Source: Octopus vulgaris (lineage: Eukaryota). From it: a stretch of 64,000 nt of DNA. How positions within the stretch are numbered: position 1 is the stretch's first letter; every line of letters begins with the position of its first letter. The notes under the pieces were generated by a model. The model made no database searches. It saw nothing but the letters and a program-made list of their open reading frames with translations, and was not told the origin of the DNA. Positions 36,889 through 50,102 of this stretch are shown here, in pieces. The translations under genes and the position numbers were made by a program. The DNA lies in NCBI GenBank assembly GCA_951406725.2, contig OX597814.1, positions 214,334,001-214,398,000 of the forward strand, in the 5' to 3' direction.

Positions 36889-37568
36889 CTATGTATTTGA
36901 TGCTGCTAGTCTGTTTTATAGGTTTCTTTATATTCATAATAGGCTGTATTTTAGCCTGCAGAAAACAGCAAACTTGATTTTAAAGTATTCTTCAATTTTT
37001 GCTGACAAACACAATATTAAGTTTTTTTTGTGTTTTAAGACTGAATCAATTTGGTTGTTGAAGGAATATATATTTGCTTGTCTGTTTTCTACAACTCACT
37101 AGATATTGAAACTCATATATATATATATTTATATATGGCCTGGTGCAGCCTTCGGGCTCCCCAGACCCCAGTTGAACCGTCCAACCCATGCTAGCATGGA
37201 AAACGGACGCTAAATGATGATGATGATGATGATGATGATTCCATTTGGAGCAGTTTATGACAGCTTTTTGCAATTTTCCTGGGTTTAGCATTTTGCAACT
37301 ATTGATTGAATGTCTCATATTCACCAATTTCTCTTCATGAAGTTGACATTTGCCAGTTCCTTAGATGTCTATTCTAAATGTTGATTCGGAGCAACTATTA
37401 GCAGCTTTCTTTTATGTTTTCCAAATCTTGTGCTGAAACTATTTCATTATTTATTTATTTATTTATTTATTTTGCTCCTATCGTTCAAAGATTTATTAAT
37501 GCTTAATAATAAATAATAAAGCAGAAATGGTTGTTTTTAACCTTCTTCCTTAATTTTATGGGTAATAT

Positions 37569-37988
37569 TACTCTTACTCTTTACTCTTTTACTTGTTTCA
37601 GTCATTTGACTGCGGCCATGCTGGAGCACCGCCTTTAGTCGAGCAACTCGACCCCGGGACTTATTCTTTTGTAAGCCCAGTACTTATTCTATCGGTCTCT
37701 TTTGCCGAACCGCTAAGTGACGGGGACGTAAACACACCAGCATCGGTTGTCAAGCAATGCTAGGGGGACAAACACAGACACACAAACATATACACACACA
37801 CATATATATATATATACATATATATGACAGGCTTCTTTCAGTTTCCGTCTACCAAATCCACTCACAAGGCATTGGTCGGCCCGGGGCTATAGCAGAAGAT
37901 ACTTGCCCAAGATGCCACGCAGTGGGACTGAACCTGGAACCATGTGGTTGGTAAGCAAGCTACTTACCACATAGCCACTCCTGCGCCT
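37569..37988 (-). mobile_element. SINE family C
   Basis: Full-length copy. Confidence 0.88.
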
Positions 37989-40630
37989 AACAAACTACTT
38001 GGTTTAACACCACTCTATTGACCTTGGATATCTAGCATACTTTTCTATGCTGTAAGCATTTAGAACAGATTTCTTAGTTTGATAATATTCTGCTGCCATT
38101 CTTTTGTGTATTGCTACTGTTTATCAGGGGTTACAGGTGGAAAAAGTTTCTGATTAAAGGCCTACTGCTAGATATCACAAATCGAAGCCCTTGTGTAATA
38201 TCTTAGGAGAATTCTCTATCAGCTGGTGTATGAATCTGTATCCTCTTCTCAAGCTTGTAACTAGTGCTCTCAGTAAGTACAGGCTTTCAAAGGGCTTTCC
38301 TGCATTCCATCTAGGCTACTTATAGGGAGTGAAGTGATGATTTACAGCAGAATGAATTGTGTTCTCTCTTAGAAAATGAAGTTGAAATGTATCAGGAATG
38401 AAAACAAACCTGCTGGAAAATTCTTCCTAGTTAACCTCTAGGGAGCTTAGGGTAACCTAGATTCCCCTCTCCCCACTAACTAAATACACAAACCACTCAT
38501 TCTGTTTTTTCTCTTACATAAATCTCTGCTCCAACTCTGCTGTTCAGGCTACACTCTACTCTAAATTTGCTTGAAAAAGTCACGTGTGCATGTAGATAGA
38601 ATTCACTTTCCCCCCCACAACCTACCTTTCTCACCTTGATTTCAGCAGCAATGATTTCCAGTTACTCTAGTTCAGCCTTTCTTTTCTATTCTAAATTTAT
38701 CTGTTATTTCTATCATTCCCAAAACTCAACCTCACCTCTTTGACCATCTCATCTCTTGTTGCATCTTACCTCAGTCTGGAATCATCATTCTTAGTGACTC
38801 AGTATACACAACTCATGGCTTTCACACGCCTTCCACTGCAGCATTACTGGCATAGGGATCAAATCATTTGTCATCTTTTGCCTGCTCCAATTCCTTCTTG
38901 TATCTCTGAGAGACACACCCCAAGCATCTTTTGATCTGTTTCTCAAGTGGAAACTCAACCTTTACACAGCCATGACAATCTTTGCATCAGTTGGAATGTC
39001 TGATCACTGCCTAATCAAAACAAAAGTGTCTCAACACACTTTTACCCAACAACACTTTTATTTTCTGAGCTAGATAGCTTTGCCATTTCCATGCCAACTT
39101 ATGGCAGTAAATGTATTTGATTGCTACCCTTCTGAGTGACTGAAACCATCCCCCTTGACATGTTCTTTCACATCCTTCACACAAGCAAAGCCTATAAACC
39201 CCCCATACCCCAGAAGTGATTTACTTGTGGCAGTGTGAGTACAAAACTGCTTACAAACTTTAGAAGTCACCAACCACTATAATGGATGCAAAATTGCCAT
39301 CAGAAGAGCAAAAGATTATTGTGCAGTTTGTAAGCTTTCCTGGATCCTAAATACCAGTATCTTCTCATCTCTTGCCAAGAGTGTCTTCACTACCTTTTGT
39401 GGAATCTTCCTATCCATCATTTCTTGGCTGTTAGTAGCACCTCTGTTGAGAAAAACACTCCACATTTGCTGTCTTTGTTTCTCACTCAGGACCACACTCT
39501 CAACAAAAGTTGTTTGTGCATGATCTCAATCTCATTTTCACATACTCATTTTCCTTTAGATGTTGGCCGTTGCCAGCGCCGCCCCGATTGGCCTCCATGC
39601 CGGTGGCACGTAAAAAGCACCATCCGATCGTGGCTGTTTGCCAGCCTCGTCTGGCCCCCGTGCCGGTGGCACGTAAAAAGCACCATCCGATTGTGGCTGT
39701 TTGCCAGCCTCATCTGGCACCTGTGCAGGTGGCACATAAAAAGCACCCACTACACTCTCGGAGTGGTTGGCGTTAGGAAAGGCATCCAGCTGTAGAAACA
39801 CTGCCAGATCAGACTGGGCCTGGCGCAGCCTTCAGGCTTTCCAGACCCCAGTTGAACTGTCCAACCCATGCTAGCATGGAAAACGGATGTTAAATGATGA
39901 TGACGATGTTGTCTAAGATGTATAATTCAATTGATTGGCAATAATTCACTTACCATCACTCTTCAACTATTGAGATCACAGCCTTGGAGTTCTTTCTTTT
40001 TGCATCTTCATCGACCTTAACTTTTCTGAACTAGCTTTTTGCACACCCTCTTCATTTAGGCCCACCCATCCTATGCATCTCTTCTCCTCCCCATATCCTT
40101 TACTCTGTTCCATATCTCTGATCCTCACATTAAACACTTTAATCAGTCCTTATTCCACAGGATTGCAACTTTTTTCACCCTCACCTAGCTCATGCTTTTC
40201 CATCATCATCATCATTTAACGTCCATTGCCCATGGTGGCATGGGTGGGATGGTTTGACCAGGGCTGGCAAGCTGGAAGGCTACACCAGACTCCAGTCTGA
40301 TTTGGCATGGTTTCCATAGTTGGAGGCCCTTCCTAACTCCGACCACTCTGAGAGTGTCTGGTGTTAGGATGATACATTGACCTATAAATGTTTAAATTGA
40401 AACATTCTTTGCATCAGTCTAGTTTGACTCATTAAATCAAAATGCTAAATTAAATTGCCTTTCTATATTTAGTTATCCCTCTCAATGTTCTAAGTTCAAA
40501 TCTTGCCATGATCAACTGCACTTATCTCTGTTAATACAAATTTTATTCAGTTGTAATATTTCAATGAGAAAAAAGTATGAGTTTCGGAGCAAGTGATTTG
40601 ATCTGAGACCGTGTGCTGAAGCGAAAACAA

Positions 40631-40836
40631 TTGCAGCGTGGAAGGTATTTGTAAGCCATTTAAGAAACACACAAAAGCCATTCAATTCAGCTAGATGCAG
40701 CACGGATTTTGTCAGTAAACAGGTCGCGGTCTTAAAGTGATGAAAATATTTTGACAAATTAAACTTAAATGTTGAAGTGAATTGAACGGCTTTTGTGCGT
40801 TTCTTAAATGGCTTACAAACACCTTCCACGCTGCAA
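40631..40836. mobile_element. Inverted-repeat (MITE-like) element remnant
   Basis: 59-bp inverted arms at 40631-40689 and 40778-40836; related one-armed copy at ~62723-62872. Confidence 0.7.
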
Positions 40837-41336
40837 AGTATGAGTTAAGTTTCAGAAAACATTAGCATTAATGGTTTAGGATTTACACTTATTTCAATCA
40901 TGGGGTCTCTATTGTGATAAATGCCTTTAATATCTCACAGTGAATATCATGTACTCACTTATTTCTATAAAAAGCTTTCAATCAATTTAAAATATTCATT
41001 CATTATTTATACACCTGAAGGTGTGGCAAGCTGACAATCATTTTTGTGTTGGTCAGAATGCTTAGAAGTATTTCTTATGACTGAATTCTGTATACAAATT
41101 TTTATGGGGTTGACTTTGCCTTTCATCCTTTTGTTGTCAATAAAATTGCATCAGATGAATAATGGGGTTCATGTAATCAATCTGCCCTTTCCCCTAAAAA
41201 TGCCGAATTTATGCTGAAAATATTTATCCATTATTTGTATTCATGATTTGTTTTTAAATTCACAAATGTTATGTTTCATCATTATTTCTAATTTCGTTGC
41301 CACTTAAAACAAAATTCTCATTGTTTTTTTTTATAG

Positions 41337-41549
41337 GATGTGTGTATGGCTACCAATAATACAATAGTGTGCATCATTAGAGACTTGGTAGATAAGAAGA
41401 ATCCAAGGAAGAAACGCAAATTTTACTTGCCAGCTTCTAAAAAGGTAGCAGATATGATTCAAGAGGTAGCAGATACTTGTGGCTACAATGCCAATACTAT
41501 TTCAATGAATTACGAAAAACCATCAGTGTCTGGGTATTACGATGTAAAG
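41337..41549 (+). CDS. USP47: USP47-like exon 2 (DVCMATNNTIVCIIRD...LPASKKVADMIQEVADTCGY...YDVK), N-terminal ubiquitin-like region
   Basis: Poly-T tract plus TAG acceptor, GT donor at 41550, 213 nt, phase 0/0. The CII.D...LPAS..V....E/DVA...GY pattern matches the recalled USP47 N-terminus. Confidence 0.9.
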
Positions 41550-41639
41550 GTATTGTTCTTTTTCTTTTTTTCTCGTGTTCATTTTTCCTCCTTGTATTTT
41601 TCAAGAAATGAATTCATGTAAAATATTTAAAAAATTTAA

Positions 41640-42071
41640 CCTTTTAGCATTTAACCCTTTAGTGTTCAGATTATTCTATCAAACAATATGTTTATTGGTT
41701 CACACTGATTTGAATTAATCATGCATTATCTCATATCTTCAAGATCTTGATGGTGTAATTACTTAATGTAGAATAACATTGTAGGGTAGGTGTGAGAGCC
41801 TGATCTGGTCAGTTTGAACATAAAACCAAATATTTTGGCCGGATATGGCCGGTTTAAATACTAAAGGGTTAAACCAGCCATATCTGGCCAAAATATTTGG
41901 TTTTATGTTCAAGCTGGCCTGATCCTGCCTCTCACACCCATCCTACAGTGTCAGAGTAAGAATAAACAAACACATCATTGAAGTCTTGAAGTTATAAGAT
42001 AATACATGCTTATAATACATGCTTAATTCAAAAGTATGAATAAATAAAACGGAAATCTGAATGCTAAAGGA
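41640..42071. mobile_element. Family F MITE with an inverted family F copy nested at 41655-41868
   Basis: TTAA at 41651-41654 and 41869-41872 flank the inner copy, whose body is a diverged reverse complement of the outer body. Confidence 0.82.
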
Positions 42072-42937
42072 TTAATGTTAATGATTTAAAAAAAAAATTG
42101 TTTTTCTATTGTTTAGTGTTTAGCAGTAACTTTAGGCAACTGCATATTGTTGTATGAATTATTTTTGCATTTTGCTGCTTTTCCTGCCATTACCTTTTCA
42201 ACCCTGAACAATCTGATGCTGAAGAAAATTGAGCTGTATGCAAAGAAACAATACAATGGCCTCCGTGCCGGTGGCACGTAAAAAGCACCATCCGAGCATG
42301 GCCGTTTGCCAGCCTCGTCTGGCACCTGTGTTGGTGGCACATAAAAAGCACCCACTACACTCATGGAGTGGTTGGCATTAGGAAGGGCATCCAGCTGTAG
42401 AAACGCTGCCAGATCTGACTGGCCTGGTGCAGCCTTCGGGCTTCCCAGACCCCAGTTGAACCGTCCAACCCATGCCAGCATGGAAAGCGGACGTTAAACG
42501 ATGATGATGATGCATTACATGTAGCAATGTCTGAATTCTGAAATTTGTAGTTAGTGGTCCAGCATCATAGTCCTGCAGTCATTGTAGTGTGGTTATAGCC
42601 TACTATTTTGTTGAGTTTTCCTCACAGACTGTTCAGCAATATTCAAGGCAATAGTGGATGAGCCAACAAACATCTTGATGAAATACAGTATGTACATTCA
42701 TCTTACCAACATTCTGAGTTCAAATCTTAGTGTGTTCAGCATTACCTGTTCCTGTTAATAAACATTAATCAGAATGTTACTTTCTGCAGTATTTGTATGT
42801 TACCTGGTTAGTGAAATTTACTTTATTTCAAGCAACTTTTTGTATGTTATAGTATACAGGCAAATATTAAATGTATACTTATCAAGTTTCATGGTTGTGT
42901 GGTAGAGATAATAAATTAGGAAAAAAAGATGTTTTAT

Positions 42938-43337
42938 GTGGCTGTGTGGTAAATAGCTTGCTTACCAACCACATGGTTCCGGGTTCATTCCCACTGCGTG
43001 GCACCTTGGGCAAGTATTTTCTACTATAGCCTTGGGCTGACCAAAGCTTTGTGAGTAGATTTGGTAGACAGAAACTGAAAGAAGCCTGTCGTATATATGT
43101 ATATATATATATATATGTGTGTGTGTGTATGTTTGTGTGTCTGTGTTTGTCCCCCACAACTTCGCTTGACAACCGATACTGGTGTGTTTATGTCCCCGTC
43201 ACTTAGCAGTTCGGTAAAATAGACCGGTAGAATAAGTACTAGGCTTACAAAGAATAAGTCCCGGGGTCGATTTGCTCGACTAAAAGGCGGTGTTCCAGCA
43301 TGGCCGCAGTCAAATGACTGAAACAAGTAAAAGAGTA
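42938..43337 (+). mobile_element. SINE family C
   Basis: Near full-length + strand copy. Confidence 0.88.
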
Positions 43338-43693
43338 AACAGTCAGATTAAACATTCATGTATGCTTCATGCTTTTTCTCCAATACCAAATAAAACCTTC
43401 AAAAATGTCTGTTTGACACATTTAAACTGGCCATATCCAGCCCAAACATTCTACATGTTTTATATTCAAACAGACCAGTTCTGGCCTCTCACACCTACCC
43501 TACAGTGTCATTCTCAAAAATTAACAAATCACATCATCAAAATTCCAAAGCTACGAGAGAAGGCATGATTAATTTAAAACAATGTGAATTTAAATGATAA
43601 TGTTGTAAACTACGCTTCATTCTTTCCTTACTGAGTAACCCCATGAATTTAGTAGATAAGATGGGTTTTTTTTTTTGTATAGACATCATTATC

Positions 43694-43930
43694 TGTTTCT
43701 TTATTACCCACAAGGGGCTAAACATAGAGGGGACAAACAAGGACAGACAAACGGATTAAGTCGATTACATCGACCCCAGTGCGTAACTGGTACTTAATTT
43801 ATCGACCCAGAAAGGATGAAAGGCAAAGTCGACCTCGGTGGAATTTGAACTCAGAACGTAGCTGCAGACGAAATACGGTTACGCATTTTGCCCGGCGTGC
43901 TAACAGTTCTGCCAGCTCGCCGCCTTATTA
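43694..43930 (-). mobile_element. tRNA-derived SINE family H, MetaSINE-like central domain (older copies ~20860-21085, 27185-27375, 28795-29005, 54540-54742)
   Basis: The - strand has GAGTTCAAATTCC (B box) then GCCTTTCATCCTTTC.GGGTCGATAAA.TAAGTACC; 28-bp flanking direct repeat. Confidence 0.8.
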
Positions 43931-45446
43931 TTTTTTTTTTTGTATAGACATCATTATCATATAAAAATGCTTATTATTAATCACATGCAGGGCTCATTTT
44001 TATTTTGCTAATTTCGAAGTGTATCTATTTTTTTTTTTTGTGATCTTTAAAAAAAAAGTTTATCACTAGACTTGAAACTAGGTAATCTCTGGTGTACCTT
44101 TTTAATCGTGAGTGCAATTAGAATCAGATGCTTGGTGACAAACATGTTAATGCAGCAATTCTGAAGATAGAAATGTTATTCTTTTGTTATTGTCAAAGAT
44201 AATTTAAGATGGGGAAGTGCACATATATGCAGTCATGCTCATTTACTGGTCAACAGATTTAAGAACAATCAGTATACTCTCAGTAAGAAAGTTTCTGAAT
44301 TAAACAATTCTTATAGGTTCTTTATTTTGCTTTACCTCTCTCTAATCTGGAATTATTCACCCCCAACTTATTCAGAGGTTTGAAACAAATAGTGGATTTC
44401 TTTTCATTGATAAACTGCTGGTAAATTTTTTAAGTATTTTAACAGTGTTAAAATACTGAATGGACATAGCATTAAATCACGAAAGAAAATTTTGTATTAG
44501 TCATATATTTCTGTGATCATGCAATTTTATAACTGAAATTGTTAAAGCATAGTTATTCAGCTTTCTATAATCTAATTCTTTGATGCATTCTTTTGAATTT
44601 TCTGATGACCAATTCTGAAAGGTTTCTAGTTTTACATTCAAAGTGTGCATGTTTGTATGCATAATAAACTTATGTGTATTACACATTCATTTGTCTAGGT
44701 TTAACTAGTACATACAACCTATGTCTACATAGCGTGGTTTTGCAATGTATTGCATATATATATATATATTTTATTATTTTATTTTTTTCTTTGTGCTGTT
44801 TCATAGTTACACAGCCATTGCAGTATTCTCAGTTTAGAGATTAGTAGTACTTATTTACTGCTTGGCAGACCATGCTGTGTACTATTCTGTCTTGCTGGAG
44901 GTTTTCAAAAGTGTTTGAGATGATAACCTTTAGGTTTAACCACCACAAATTAATTTTTAGCAGTGGATTAGTATAATTATCAAGTTCGTTTGTTGATCTA
45001 CTGCCAGTTTTTAGTGCTTATATTAATTAGCTAATTTTAAGAACTGTTTCCAAATTAAATTTTTAATGAATTCAGTTTTCTGAAATTAGAAACTTCAATT
45101 TAATTGTTGTAACATTCAAAGCCTTCCTGTATCATGATTTTTTTTTAATGATGTTACCGTGTATTTTAACCTACAGTTATCCTTGAAATTTGCTAACAGA
45201 AGCAAGAACCAAAATGCTAATTACTACTGGAAGGAGGCAATTACCTGCCAATTAAATTAGTGATTAGTGGTAGACCACAATATAAGCTTGGTTGTATTGA
45301 TGATTTTATGCAATTAACTATGAATGGTAGTTTTTCTCACATTGAAAATTATTTTACTTCCAGCTTAATGAAGGGTGTTTATTTATATATTCTAACTCCT
45401 CTATATACTACTAGATTAGCCTTGTATGTGTATATATATATATTTT

Positions 45447-45486
<40 letters not shown>

Positions 45487-45487
<1 letters not shown>

Positions 45488-45685
45488 CGTGATCACGTGA
45501 CCGACCAGACCATCAGATGTTGTTACACATCGCTGGTCACAATGCGCTTCGCATTGTTTTAGCCTTCAAATGACGCCACTCCGCTGGCTAAGCAAGCAGG
45601 CCACCATAAGAAAGTTGTGATGAAAGAGTACAGCAGGGATCACCACCATCCACCGCGAGTCCACTGTACTAGGCCATTGCGCCTC

Positions 45686-45688
<3 letters not shown>
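45487..45688 (-). mobile_element. Internally deleted SINE family A (tail type 1) inside a (TA)n tract
   Basis: Head remnant joined to the type-1 tail, with (TA)n on both sides. Confidence 0.8.
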
Positions 45689-45723
<35 letters not shown>

Positions 45724-46419
45724 GTGTGTGTGTATAGGGATATTAAATAAATATCCTGGAAACAGCTGTAAGACCTATCTATAAGTGTTATAATATCTAC
45801 ACAGCCTTGATTTTTTATCTCATTGCACAAAAAATTCTTATGTATATATATCTATCTATGTGTGTGTGTGTGTGTGTGCGTATATATATTTCTCTTTTGT
45901 CAGTATATTTATAAATGGTAAATGATTCTTTTCATTAGTATTTTAATGCCATGATGCTAATAAGTTTCAGTCAAAAGTTTTGAAGTTATATAAAAATATA
46001 CAGCATTTTCCCCATGTTCTTGCATGGGTAGAAAAACTGATTTGACAATTGATGCCCTTTTTTTGATGTTAACCGTATCGTTATGAAGTAGGAGTAGAGG
46101 CTTGGGGTTTTTTTTTTTTTTTACTTTAACTCTTTTGCTGTTCAGGAAACTGAAGCAGATATTTATTAGCTTTACTTAGAAGCACAAATACAGTGGCTTC
46201 AGTAAGAGGCAAACTTTAAACATTTTGGCCCATAGTCTTGTATTCTAGCCTTACGGCTATATTGAAGAGAATCAAGATAATGGCAGTAGTAGTAGTGTCA
46301 CAATGCTTTGTAGCTTTTGAAAACTGGCCTTTGTATGCAGGAAGGTTTTAGGCTGGCGACTAATGTTGCTTTGTCAGTGTAATGAATGAATGAATTAGCA
46401 AAACTGAGAAGGAAGCAGA

Positions 46420-46731
46420 AAGTGTAACCTCTCGAAAGAGCTGTTCTTCACTCCTGCTCCAGAGCGTTGGCTGTGGGGTCACTCTGAAAAGCTCTATCTG
46501 CGACGATTTCATCTCAATCGAAGGAGAGGGGCTTTCTCCGTTTGGGTTGCGGATCCGTGGAATAAGCTGCTGGACGAGATGGTGAAGATGCCGACGACCG
46601 CTCGGTTCAAAGTCTCCCTCGACCACAAGTGGTCTGAACTCTTTACATGAACACCACCCTGTACATAACTCCATGTCCCCCTACATGGCCTTGCTTTTTG
46701 CTTTTTGAGCCAAAATTAACTAACTAACTAA
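46420..46731 (+). mobile_element. CR1-type LINE 3' end
   Basis: LWGHSEKL...GAFSVWVADPWNKLLDEMV...RFKVSLD matches the CR1 ORF2 C-terminal pattern (RGH..KL, FS.RV...WN.LP, FK..LD); (TAAC)n tail. Confidence 0.8.
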
Positions 46732-48744
46732 TATATTTTATAGTTGGCTAGTTCGGTGAAAAGGGAGTGAATTCTAGTTAGGCATGGCATGGTCGCTGAA
46801 AGTCAGCTTTTGACAAACGACCTGCACAAATAATTTGTTTATACTGATCCAATATATGTGCTGTACATTAGCTCACTCCTTCCATCAAATTGATGTTACC
46901 TGAACAGGTGCATCAGGTGTTGAAGCAATCACAGAGCAATCAAGATGAAGTGTTTTATTCAAGAACCCAACGCACCACCCATCCTAGGAATTTGAAACCA
47001 CAATCTCATGATTGTGAGTGTTCTTTATAAAGTAGTACCATGGATTTTGGAGAATAGAAATGTCCATCAGTTTTGTGGTGTTACAATTCAATTAAGTATT
47101 CTTGGGTGGTAGACATAGTCTCTTGTCTGGTTTAGCACCACCACATGGTCCTTGAGCTCTGGGAGTCTTTAACAGAGTTCAATCTGTTGCAAACATTCAG
47201 ACTAGGTTTCTGGTTGAAGGATGTCTTTCTCTCTTTCACTCTCCTACCAGTCTTAGATGTCTTGAAAGAGGCCCTTACTCTTGACTAAATTGTGAATTTT
47301 TGTTCAGCAGCTAGCAATAGTCTAGAAAACAGCTCCCATAATAAAATACAGCCACCGAGGAACCACTGTATGATTGCTCAACCCTTGTAAATAATAGTCA
47401 GATCTTAAAAATAAGTTAAGGACACTTTAGATAATGTGGCCTTAGATATACTGTCTGAAAAGGAGAAAAATATCCATGTTTTCTTTGGACATCAACCTGC
47501 AGAAATTGTAACTAAACGTCACTTACATTGACCTCATTTAGGTGTGCATCAGAAGGGCTAAGTCCTCTATCATTTCTCTGAAGCGAAAACAATGTAAGTA
47601 GAATGGTTTTGAAGGAGCTTGAGCTAGTGGCTTGAGTTCCCTGTAAGTTATCCAGAACAATTTTATCTTTACAGTAGTTCACATATTTGTCACTATTTTT
47701 AGAACCTTTCTATACTTGTCATTAGAGATACAATCTTCTTACACAATCTGATTAGCCAGTGTGTTTGCTATGAACCCAACTCAATGACATTAGGAAAGCA
47801 GATATATTAGCAATAAGCATGGTAGATACAGAACTAAGGACAGGTAGAAAGTGAAAAGAGTTTAAAAGTTTTACACTTGTTTCAATACTCACAAAAAATT
47901 ACAGAATTCCAAATGTTTGTGAATTTGGATTAAGAAACCAATTAGACATTGACATATTAAAGCTTCCATGTATATCAAAAACATTAATTTGGACAAATAT
48001 TACTTCTTAGAGTTTACAAGTAATAGCATTTGATACTTATGGTTTTGTGCAGCCTTTATGTATTTTATGGTTTTTACAAGATCCTCTTTTTCCTTAAAAT
48101 AAACTTATTTTGGCCTGTCTTCTATTCCCCCCCACCAACCTTTTTCTCACTTGTTTAATGTAATATGTAATGGCTCAAAGATGTAGGTGTTAGACTCTTG
48201 ATTTGTAATTGTAAATTCAGATTTGTCACAAGTGTAGGATTGTCTTCATAGCTTACTTGCAGCCAAACCTGTGCTAGATACATATATGTGTAGTGGCAAA
48301 TCTGAAAGGAGAACTCTTGTAGCATAAACCTTTTAACAAACCACTGTTTCCAAATCAATGTGCTCCATTTTGAACCAAGAAATAGATGGTTGTGTTAAAT
48401 GTATAGGCCTATGTAAACAGGCAAAATTTAAAAAACAAAAAAAAAAAAAACTCTATCACAATGGAATTCATTCACTTTTGCATGCTTTATAAGTGTGTGT
48501 GTGTGTGTATGGGGGATTTGTGAGTGTATATGTAGAGAAAAATCAATATTCAGTTAAATAATTTATCAAGTTGTGAATTTGGAATTAGAATGGATTGTGA
48601 TAGGCTTCAGAGCATTGATATAATAGCTGAAAAGTTGTTGGGAAGAAAATTATGGTGTTGAATATTGTTGCAATGTAATCTCTCTTTCATTCTGAATTTC
48701 AAACTCACCTTCCTCTTCACATATTTTGTGAACCATTTTTGTGC

Positions 48745-49413
48745 ATATGCATGCATGCGTGTGCACACACACTCACATACACGCATTCTCCCTTGCACAC
48801 ATACACACACACACATTCTTTCTTGCACACACACATTCTCCCTTGCATACACACACATACTCTCTCTCTCTTGTGCACACACATACTCTCTCGTGTACAC
48901 ACACACACTCTCCTGTGTACACTTACACACACTCTCTGTCCTGTGTATACACACCCTTTCTCCTGTGCACACATACACACTCTCTGTCATGCACACACTC
49001 TCTCTCTTGCACACACACACACACACAGTCTCTCTCTCTCTCTCTCTCTTGCATGCACTCTCTCTTGCACACACACACACACATGCTTTCATGCACACAC
49101 ACTCTCTCTCTTGCACACACCCACACACTCTCTTGCGCACTCTCTCTCTCTTGCACATGCACATACACACACACACTCTCTCTTGCACACACACACACAC
49201 TCTCTCTCTCTCTTGCACACACATACGCTCTCTCTTGCTTCCTCCCCCCCCTCTCTCGCACATACTCTCGCATGCATTCTCACTCTCTCCCTCACAGACA
49301 TGCACACTCTGACTTTCTTACTCACATTCTCTCTCTTACATACAAGCTCTCTCTCCCTTACACACACACACACACACACACTCTCTCTCTCTCTCTCTTA
49401 CACTCTCACACAC
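48745..49413. repeat. Compound (CT)n-TGCA-(CA)n microsatellite field
   Basis: Repeated variable units of the form CTCTCTCTTGCACACACACA. Confidence 0.9.
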
Positions 49414-50102
49414 TCTGTTTTAAGTTTTCCTTTACCAAACCTCATGATATTGCTTCTAATAAGTCTTGATTTTTATGACTATACCAACTATGATTTCTGT
49501 CTGCTCCATCAGCCCAACCCCTAGCAGATACTGCCCCTTTGTTCTCTCAGCATTAGATATACGGAGGTTTTGATAAACTAGTCTATAAATTAAAAACTGA
49601 CCTCATAAAAACAAAAACTCAGTGACAAGCAGAGCCTGTAACAATGTTCATATTCTTGATACCTTAGTAGCTTCTATGCTAGAGTGAAGGCAGCATGTTC
49701 TCTGTCTGTCTCCTTAACTTCTTGGAGATTTTAGGTATAATTATACTAATGTGTCCATCTGTTTTAATTTAATTAAATTCTATGTCTTTGTGCAGCTGAG
49801 GATTGTTCTGCATTTTAAATTGATGTAATGGCTGCATTGTTCAATTAAATGGAGTTGCATGAAACGATTGTACTGCATTACCTCTGGATGTCCTTGTTGC
49901 TTATTTTGAGATATATATATATATATATATACTACACTCTCGGATTGGTTGGCGTTAGGAAGGGCATCGAGCTGTAGAAACTTTGCCAGATCATATTGGA
50001 GCCTGGTGCAGCCTCCTGGCTTTCCAGCCCTCAGTCAAACCATCCAACCCATGCTAGCATGGAATGTGGACGTTAAACGATGATGATACATACATAAACA
50101 TA

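Noticed and set aside
48607-49524. 200-260 aa His/Thr/Leu- or Cys/Val/Arg-rich ORFs
   Set aside because: Translations of CA/CT microsatellite.
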